From contig CM000152.2 of the NCBI GenBank assembly GCA_000004695.1, forward strand, positions 4,224,001 through 4,288,000: a DNA stretch of 64,000 nucleotides. The letters run 5' to 3'. Positions 55,237 to 64,000 of the stretch are shown in pieces; position 1 is the first letter of the stretch, and every line of letters starts with the position of its first letter. A program made the position numbers and the translations under genes. The notes under the pieces are model-generated. The model saw only the letters and a program-made list of their open reading frames with translations. It did no database searches and was not told where the DNA came from. The DNA is from Dictyostelium discoideum (Eukaryota).

Positions 55237-56707
55237 TATTGATTATTAATTTTAAAAAAAATAGTTAAATGTAATTCATTTAATTTTATTAATTTGTATA
55301 TTTATTAGATCATTATTAGTAATAATTGATCCATCATCACCAAATAATTCAATATTACATATTGATACAGAATCATGGTTAATTTATATTTATACTATAT
55401 CATATTATGTAGTTGGTGAGATTATACCGGGAATGTTGTTGATAGTGATTGAATTTCTATTACCATATCATAAAAGAAAAGATTTTATAAATATTGGTGG
55501 AGAATTATCAAGTTATCAAGATGTTTGGAAATCAGAGAATATTGCAATTCATGAATTGCTAGGAATGGGTGGTAGTGGTGCTATGGTGCATAAATGTACC
55601 GTAAAGAAAGGTCCATTACGTGGTGGTACTTTTGCAGTGAAAGTAATGAAAGATTGTACAAATGAAGATATTGAATCGTTAGAGAATGAAATTAGAGTCT
55701 ATGAAAAACTAAAGTCACCCTATATCGTCTCCTATCAAGGTTCAAGTAAAGTCGTTGGTTCAAGTGGTCAAATCTTTGAGATTCGACTATTCATGGAATA
55801 CATCCCACATACATTAGATAAATATCTATTAGCAAGGTCAGTTTGTGGTGATTCAAATGGTGGTGGTTCAAGTAGAAATTTAAAAAATTATTTTTTACAC
55901 ATGCAAGAATATCAATCTTCACCACAATCTTCAATTTCATATTATCAGAATAATAATAATAATAATAACAATTCACCATTAATACAACCACAACAACAAC
56001 AACAATATGTCTATCCATATTATTTTAGATATAGTCAAGTTGTTTGGTATTTATATCAAATTTCAATTGGTTTGGATAATTTACATGCAAATAAAATTGC
56101 TCATAGAGATTTAAAATCAAATAATATTTTTGTAACTTTATCAGAGAGTGAAGTTAAAATTTGTAAAATTGGTGATTTCGATATCTCTAGATCTTTTAAT
56201 AATCCAAAAGTTTTAAATGTTTTATCAAATCCAACAGCTTTACAACAACAAAAATTAAATAATTTCTTTCAATCAGCAACAACAACAACAACAACAGAAC
56301 AAACAACAGAGCCAATAGAGGTAGCAGCAACAACAACACCTCAAACAATTCATTCAGCATTTCAACATGATATTTTATCTTTTGGTTTTATTGTTTTAGA
56401 CTTTTTAACTTTATCAAACTATAGTTGTTTTGACTCAAAATTTGATACTTCAAACTACTATGATGATGATAAATTCAATAATAAATCAAATACAAAAATT
56501 AAAAAACCAGATTTACCAGATTATATAAAAAAAGATGAAAAACTTTGGGAACCTGTCATTCAACTTTATAAAAGTTGTACATCTGATGATCCAAATAAAC
56601 GACCTTCTTCACTTGGTGTTAAATTTCATTTAGCCAATCTTTATAAAGATATTATAGAGTCTGGCACTGAAGTTTGGTCAATTGAAAAAGATTCTTCAAG
56701 TAAATGA
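54355..56707 (+). CDS. Seven-transmembrane domain fused to a C-terminal Ser/Thr protein-kinase-like domain; exons 54355-54632, 54778-55171, 55265-56707
   Basis: Seven predicted hydrophobic helices in exons 1-3. Kinase motifs are LGMGGSGAMVHKC, FAVKVMK, IAHRDLKSNNIFV and KIGDFDISRS (DFD instead of DFG), with an N/T-rich insert in the activation segment. Introns are GTAAGA 54633 to tttag 54777, and GTAAGT 55172 to aaatag 55264 (this acceptor was chosen for phase consistency). Confidence 0.7.
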
Positions 56708-56769
56708 AAAATTAAAAAAAAAAAATAAAAATAAAAATAAAAATAAAAATAAAAATCTAAAAATAACCC

Positions 56770-56808
<39 letters not shown>

Positions 56809-57653
56809 ACCTCTGGTGAAAGTAATAATTAAATTTAATTTTATTTATTTATTTATTTCTTTTATTTTTTTTTTTATTAGAATATTTAAATCATGGATTT
56901 TGGTTTTTTTAAATTATTCATTCTCTTTATTATTTAAAACAAAATGACCAGGTAAAAGATCGGCCATGATCGGCCAAAAAAAAATATATATATTTTTTTT
57001 TATATATTTTATTTTAAATTTATAACTAATCCGGTATGAATTGGTGTATTATTTTTGACAAAAAATTCATATATATATATTTTTTTTTTTCTTTCTTTTT
57101 AATTAATTTGTAAATTTGAAGGATAGCCCTGGGAACAAAAAACTGAAATATTCCACTGCATGTCTGTTTGGGTTGAGATTTTGTATTCTTTTTAAAATTG
57201 AATGAATTAAGTGAGCCCTGATGTTTTACTCTTTTTTTATTTGGTAATTGTTTGTATTGGTTTATTAAATTTGGGAAAATATTTCTCTCTATGTTGTGTA
57301 TTCTGTGGATTTTTAAAAATCTTCTTTTATATTCTTTGATTTTTTTTTTTTTAATTATTATTATTATTATTATTAACTTCAATTGAAACTTTCATTTTGT
57401 TGTTTTAATTTTTTTAAAAAAAAAAAAAAAAAAATAGAAAACAATGAATTTAAAAAAAAAAAAATGTGTAAAATTTGGAGAGTAATTATTTATTTTTATT
57501 TTTAATTTTTAATTTTTTTTTTTTTTTTTTTTTACTTTTCTTTTTTTTTTTTTTTTTTCGTTGGTGATTTGGGATGTATAAAAATTTTATAAAAAAAAAA
57601 TTTTTTAGATATTTTTTTTTTATAAAATTTTTTTTTTTAATTTTTTTAAATTT

Positions 57654-57685
<32 letters not shown>

Positions 57686-58029
57686 ATTATATTTGGTGGC
57701 TTATTTTTTTTTTTTTATTTATTTTTTATTTATTTATTTTTTTTTATTATTATTATTTTTTTTTTATGTTTTTAATTTCAATTTTATTTATTAAAAATTA
57801 ACTCAAACATATTTTTTAAAAAAACTTGGAAAAAAAAAAATAAAAAAAACATTGTAAATCTATAACACAAACCACACACAAAAAAAAAAATAAAAAAAAA
57901 AAAGTCAAAAAGTCACAAGAAATAAATAAATAATCAATCTCATGTATATTCGTTAAAAAAAAAAATAAAATTAAAAGCTTAAAAATTAATTTCATAGTAG
58001 CAACAAAAAAAAAATAAAAAAATAAAAAA

Positions 58030-59583
58030 ATGGATAAAAATAATAATAATAATAATAGTAATGGGGGACATGAAAATTTATTTAAAGATCTTCAAAATCA
58101 AAAAAGAGTTCAAAATCCATCATTTAGTTCTGGTCAAAGTAGAACAGTGCCATCAATTTCTGCTCGTGGCGTGGCACCAATTAGCTCATCATCAAGTTCA
58201 TCATCTATTTCAACAACTAATAACACTACTACTACTACTACAAGTGGTACTGGTAGTACATCATCACCAGTATCAAAAGGTGTACCATTAATACCAATTG
58301 GTGCATCAAGATTTAAACAACAACCATCAACAGATGTTTGGAGATCAGCAAGAGGACAACAATTATCAGAATCACTTTGGTCGTCTTTTAAACAAGCATT
58401 GCAAAATTCTCAAAATTCTCAACAATCTTTATCACAATCTTTATCACAATCTCATTCAACAAATAGTGAGGTATGTATAAATATATATATATTTTTTAAA
58501 ATAATTTTAATTTTTACTAATTATTTTTATTAATTATTTTTTTTTTTTTTTTTTTAGATTAATAATATTTTATTGGAGTTTGTAAAACATTATAATTCAG
58601 AATATGATAAATGGAATGTTGAAATGGGAGTTGATTATGCTAATACAAAAGTATATGGAATTAAATTATATTGTACACCAGTATTAGATATCCAAACCAC
58701 ATTATATTTGACTAGACAACTTTGTTCTTATGTTTTAAATTTATCAAAGGCATTAACTGATGATAATTTGGATATACCAGATGGTTTACATTTCATATGT
58801 TTAATAAACATTTTATCAAGATCACCATTGAATTCAACATTATTACATCAAGAGAATGCATTGGCACATCCATTTCAAGCAGCACGTCTTGCATCTTATA
58901 AACTCTCTTCTTTTAGAGACAAAAATAATCCATCCTTTACAAAATGGTGGCCATACCTTAAAGTTTTATTAGCTAATTGTTGTCAAATTGCTACAAATTT
59001 CGTACATGATAAACAAAATTTATCTTTTAATTCTTTAAGGTATGGCAATGTAAATAATAATAATAATAGTAATAATAATAATAATATTGTAAATAGTACC
59101 AGTTTAAGTAGTGGTAGTTTACTTTCAAATGGTGGTGGTATTAGTACTAGTGAACCAGAGATTTCACCATCAACATCACCATTAACAGGTACAACTCCAA
59201 CATCACCATCAAGTTCTTGGTCATCATCTTCAATAACTAATCATCAAATTCAACATCAAATTTTAATGCAACAACAACAACAACAACAAGCTCAACAACA
59301 ACATACTCAACAATACTTTAATACGATTGGACAAAGTAGTAGTTATTCCTATACAAACGTTATCAATGGTGTTTCAACCAATAATAGTACAATAACAGCA
59401 ACAACTACAAGTAATTTCTTAATTCAACATATATTTAAACTTGGTACAATTTCAATTTTGATGGATTCTTTACAATTCTTTAATGATTTCTTTAAAACTC
59501 TTCAACCAAAAGATTCAGAAGATTCATTTAGATTATTGATTATTGATACATTAGGTATTTTAATTAGTGGTAATGGTGGTTTG

Positions 59584-59625
<42 letters not shown>

Positions 59626-60540
59626 GCAACATCAACAAATACAACACCAAATACAATAATTAATAATACAACAATAAATAACAGCGGTTTAACAAATAGT
59701 ATTAATAATAATAATGGTGGTAATAATAATTTAAATAAACTTAAAGAACCAGGTAACGAAATTAAAACAATTATAAATTGTATTGGTATGAAAGCGTATA
59801 TTAAAACAAGTAAAAAAGTAACATCATTACAAAACGAATTTCAATTTCAATTACATGTTATTAGGGTGATTAAAGAATTGATTTCAAATAATTTAAATAA
59901 TGCAAAATATTTTAATTCTCATAGAGGTTTTGAAAAAATTCAAGAGGTTATATTATGGGTAACTCAATGTTTTAAACCAACAGATTCACATACATTCACT
60001 GATGAAAGTTGTTTAGATTTTGATACTTCAATGCCTGCTCAAGAATTATCTGCCTTATTAATTGGTGCAACTTCTTCAAATTCTTCTAATAATCTACCAA
60101 ATTTAACAAATTCAATATCATCACCCTCACACTCATCCTCCTCCTCCTCCTCAACAACAACAAATATTAATAATAGTAATAATAATACAGCAACAGCAAC
60201 AACAACAACAAGTAATGTAATAATTCCACCAACAATGTATGATAGTTTAAATTCAGTTTTAAATTCATTAAAATATACGACTTATTCAGAGAAATCATCA
60301 TCACTTATAAAATCACCACCAATTATTGTTAAAAGAAGTAAAGTTGTACAACTTTCACAATTGTTTCAAGTTTTACATTCATTTTCTTTTACACTTGTAC
60401 CATTTTCAAAAATTCAAACTAATTCCTCCTCTTCTTCTGGTAATTTAAATTACAATATATATTCCTCCTCTTCAGCATCATTTATAAATAATAATAATAA
60501 TAATAATAACTGTAATATATCATCACCAACAAATCAATCT

Positions 60541-60616
<76 letters not shown>

Positions 60617-60858
60617 TTTTACCAAGATCAAATTCATCTTATTCAATATTTAGAAGAGGTGATAGTTTAAATACAATCATTGATATCAATCAAGATAATA
60701 ATAATAGTAATAGTAATAGTAATAATAGTAGTACACTTGATATTTTAAATAATAGTCAAGATACAATTGTAGATAATAATAATGGTAGTAATATTGATTT
60801 TGAAGCAACAATAACTACTAATACAACAACGGTCGTGACAGCAACCGTTAATTTAACA

Positions 60859-60895
<37 letters not shown>

Positions 60896-62338
60896 TGATT
60901 GATGGTAATACCGAAGTAACTGGTGGATCAGCACATAATAGTTGGTCAAGTTATACAAATATAAATGAACAATTTCAACAATTATCATTAACATCATCAA
61001 CGACAGCAACAGGATCATCACCAACATCACCAACAGCATTTCAATATCAATCAAAACCAATTGATAAAATGTTTGTGAATACATTATTAATTGAAACAAT
61101 TTTTGAAAAATTATTTTCACAATTAAATCTTAGTGCTTTAAATGAAAATCATTCAACAACTTCTTCTTTACCAATTAGTCAAAATTTAAGTGATGATTCC
61201 TCAAATACAAATACAAATAATAATAATACATCATTTGGTAAAATTTATATTTCAGATAATTTACAACAAAATCCAAACACTGATAAATCATTATCATGTG
61301 GTAAAATTTTTAATAAGATTAAAAATTCAACACCAGAACTTCAATTACAAATAATTGAATATTTAATTAAATTAGTAATAGAGAATCCATATTGTTTACC
61401 AATTCTTAGAAGATTTAATCTTTGGGAATTAATATTTTCTGATAATTTTTATTATTCATCACCACAAGCAACTTTAAATGATGATGATATTGAATATTTA
61501 TTAAATTCAACCACCACTACCACCACCTCATCATCAACTAATATTTCAGAAGAACAATTAAAGAAACGTAAATTATATTTATTTAATGGATTAAGATTAG
61601 GTTGTTTAGGTTTAATTCAATTCTTTTCAACATTTAATAATAGAGATAATTTTGAAGAGATTTGTATAATTTTAACAGAGATGAGAAAATCATTATTAAA
61701 ATCACCAGCATCAGTGATTGAGTTATGTCAATTATTAATTAATATCACTAAATCAAATCCTCAAGGTACAATTCAATCATTGATTAAATTAAGAATTTTC
61801 CAACAAATTCCACAAATGATTCAAGTCCTATTCAAATATGAACAGGCTAGTAACTCTCAATTTGGTTTATTACATAAGAAAGCTAGAAATATCATTTTCT
61901 CTTATCTAGGCCAATTGATAGTTCACGAAGAATTATCTTATCATGCAGTTGTTGAAAAAGAATTGATAGATGTTTTATTTTTATTATTAAGAAAAGTTGA
62001 AACTAAAACTTTTTCAATTACTCAAATATTTTTCTTAATGAAATTAAATGTTTCATCTTCTTCACCATCAGTTACAACTTTATTATCTTCTTCTTCACAA
62101 GTATTAAATTCATATCAACAACAACAACAACAACCACAACAACAATCATCACAACCACAACAACAATCATCACAACCACAACAAATTCCACAATCCCAAC
62201 TACAACAACAAAATCAAACACAGTCATTACAATCATCATCATTATCATCAACATCATTATTATTAACATCACAACATCAACAACCATCAACATCATTATT
62301 ATCAACATCACAGTTTTCATCATCATCATCCTTATTGC

Positions 62339-62421
<83 letters not shown>

Positions 62422-62441
62422 CCACAACTACTACAACAAAC

Positions 62442-62484
<43 letters not shown>

Positions 62485-63035
62485 GTTCAAACTCCATCAT
62501 CACCTCAAACATTAGCATCATTATTAGGAAATTCAAGTTCAAATACATTAACATCATCATCATCAACATTATCATTAAATGAATCATCAACATTATCAAG
62601 ATTACCAACATCAAATAATTTATCAGAATTATATAGGACATATATTTCCGAGTTATCAATGATTAAAGAAGAGACATCATGTACTTATGATTTTAAATTT
62701 GATTAATTTTATCAATGTTGGATGGTATTAGACAAATTATTAAAAACAATCCAAAGAAACAAAATCTATTTAAAAAGTTTCGTGTTTTCATTAAAATCGT
62801 TAACTTGGTTAATGCTGATGATAAAAAAGAACGTTTGTCAGTTTTATGTCATTCAGTATTACGTACTGTAATTTTATTAATGGCAAATAATCCAAAAATT
62901 AAAAAACATTTTCGTAATCATATTGGTTATGATACAATTAAAGATTTAATTATTAAATCTGAAGGTATTGTTTCTGAAACAACAATGAATATTTTATTTG
63001 ATATGGTAATTATTTTTAATTTAATAATGATAATC

Positions 63036-63124
<89 letters not shown>

Positions 63125-63147
63125 TTGAAATAATATTAATATTAATA

Positions 63148-63187
<40 letters not shown>

Positions 63188-64000
63188 TTGTTGATGGTGA
63201 ATTTGATATTGAATATAAATATGTTATTCAAAATCCAGATTCATGTTTATTAATATTTAATTTATTAAAATATTTCCCAACTAAATTACAACATGAAATA
63301 TTGGATAGATTTACAGTGATGGTAGAGAAATGTACAACTAATCAATCAGTTTGTTGTAATTGTCATTTAATTTATAATTTATTAGAGGCAATTTATAAGG
63401 GTCAACCAATGGAAGTTACAACAAAGATATTGAAATTAATTGAAAGATTAGGTATTCATAGTGTTACAGTTAGAGAATTAAAGAAATTATTTGGTTTATT
63501 AAAGAGTGAACAAGGTGATTATCTTCCTCCAACAACATCGGCTCTATTGACAACATTACAAAATATATCAAATTCACGTAATCCAGGACCACAGGTTTAT
63601 TTCGATTTCGATGGAAAAGATAGTTGTATCATATTGCCAACATTTGATAAATGGCCATTTCCAAAGGGTTTTTCATTTTGTACTTGGGTTAGAATTGAAT
63701 CATTTGTTGATCCAACCGGTACACCAGAGTATAAACCAAGATTATTTAGTTTCCTCTCTGATAGTGGTTGTGGTATTGAGGTGTTGTTCATTTATCAACA
63801 ACTTCAAGTATTGACAGTGAATAATCACCAAAGTAAAGCCGTATTTCAATCACCACCTACCTTTGTCGAAAGGGAATGGTATTTCGTATCGGTGGTTTAT
63901 TCAATTAATTTAATCTCTTCTAATGAGATTAGAATTTATATTAATGGTCAACAGTCAGCGAAATCATCCATTAAATTGAATATATCAGGTACACTTTGGA
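58030..64000 (+). CDS. BEACH-family (neurobeachin/LvsA-like) protein, N-terminal ARM-like region plus ConA-like lectin domain; 3' end beyond the window; exons 58030-58470, 58559-62706(?), 62715(?)-63005, 63187->64000
   Basis: The ConA-like domain [36 protein letters not shown] is typical of LRBA/NBEA/Lvs proteins. Intron 1 is GTATGT 58471 to tttag 58558. Intron 3 is GTAATT 63006 to tttag 63186. The frames of 58573-62706 and 62715-63005 differ by one, with a TAA at 62704 and no plausible intron. Confidence 0.65.
62338..62484 (+). repeat. (CAA)n microsatellite coding ~45 Gln in the BEACH-family gene
   Basis: Near-perfect CAA array. An (ATA)n array at 63038-63123 lies in the following intron. 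Confidence 0.9.

Noticed and set aside
57110-57260. Box C/D snoRNA candidate (ctgatgt ... ctga)
   Set aside because: The C-like and D-like boxes are in the wrong order on either strand, and no terminal stem is evident.

Overview
This window is an AT-rich (~75-80%) eukaryotic nuclear segment that looks like Dictyostelium discoideum (social amoeba). The evidence is GTAAGT/GTATGT...AG introns of ~80-170 nt, very long AAT/CAA coding microsatellites giving poly-Asn/poly-Gln tracts, FNIP-repeat and hybrid histidine-kinase genes, and tRNA genes with downstream 'ex-B box' motifs and tRNA-targeted retroelement debris. It is not prokaryotic: there are no operons, CRISPR arrays or defence islands. By splicing the supplied ORFs manually I reconstruct about 24 protein-coding genes, 5 tRNA genes, one scrambled pseudogene, several retroelement fragments and many repeats. 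The recognised genes are: a hybrid His-kinase (5'-truncated by the window edge), PEX3, BRF1, a CCHC zinc-knuckle protein, a Nudix hydrolase, a TBCC-domain protein, a FYVE-like zinc-finger protein, PNKP with an N-terminal SAP motif, a large EGF/IPT transmembrane protein, a CBM-like secreted protein, a cAMP-receptor-like GPCR, NECAP, an F-box/LRR protein, inositol monophosphatase, COQ2, an Alba/Rpp20-like protein, a FNIP-repeat protein, a B-box N-rich giant protein, a 7TM-kinase fusion, and a BEACH/neurobeachin-like gene running off the 3' edge. The most interesting observations are: (i) a seven-transmembrane domain fused to a Ser/Thr-kinase-like domain; (ii) a ~1-kb tandem segmental duplication spanning two convergent gene 3' ends, with reciprocal decay and a small inversion in one copy; (iii) a tRNA-Lys/retroelement nest at 42.7-46.4 kb that includes an orphan ex-B box and an intact 258-aa ORF2 tail fragment; (iv) an inverted pair of identical tRNA-Gly(UCC) loci with conserved flanks bracketing 6.3 kb; (v) an apparent frameshift or stop splitting the BEACH-family gene. 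All coordinates and exon junctions were derived by eye from the sequence and should be checked against cDNA or RNA-seq.
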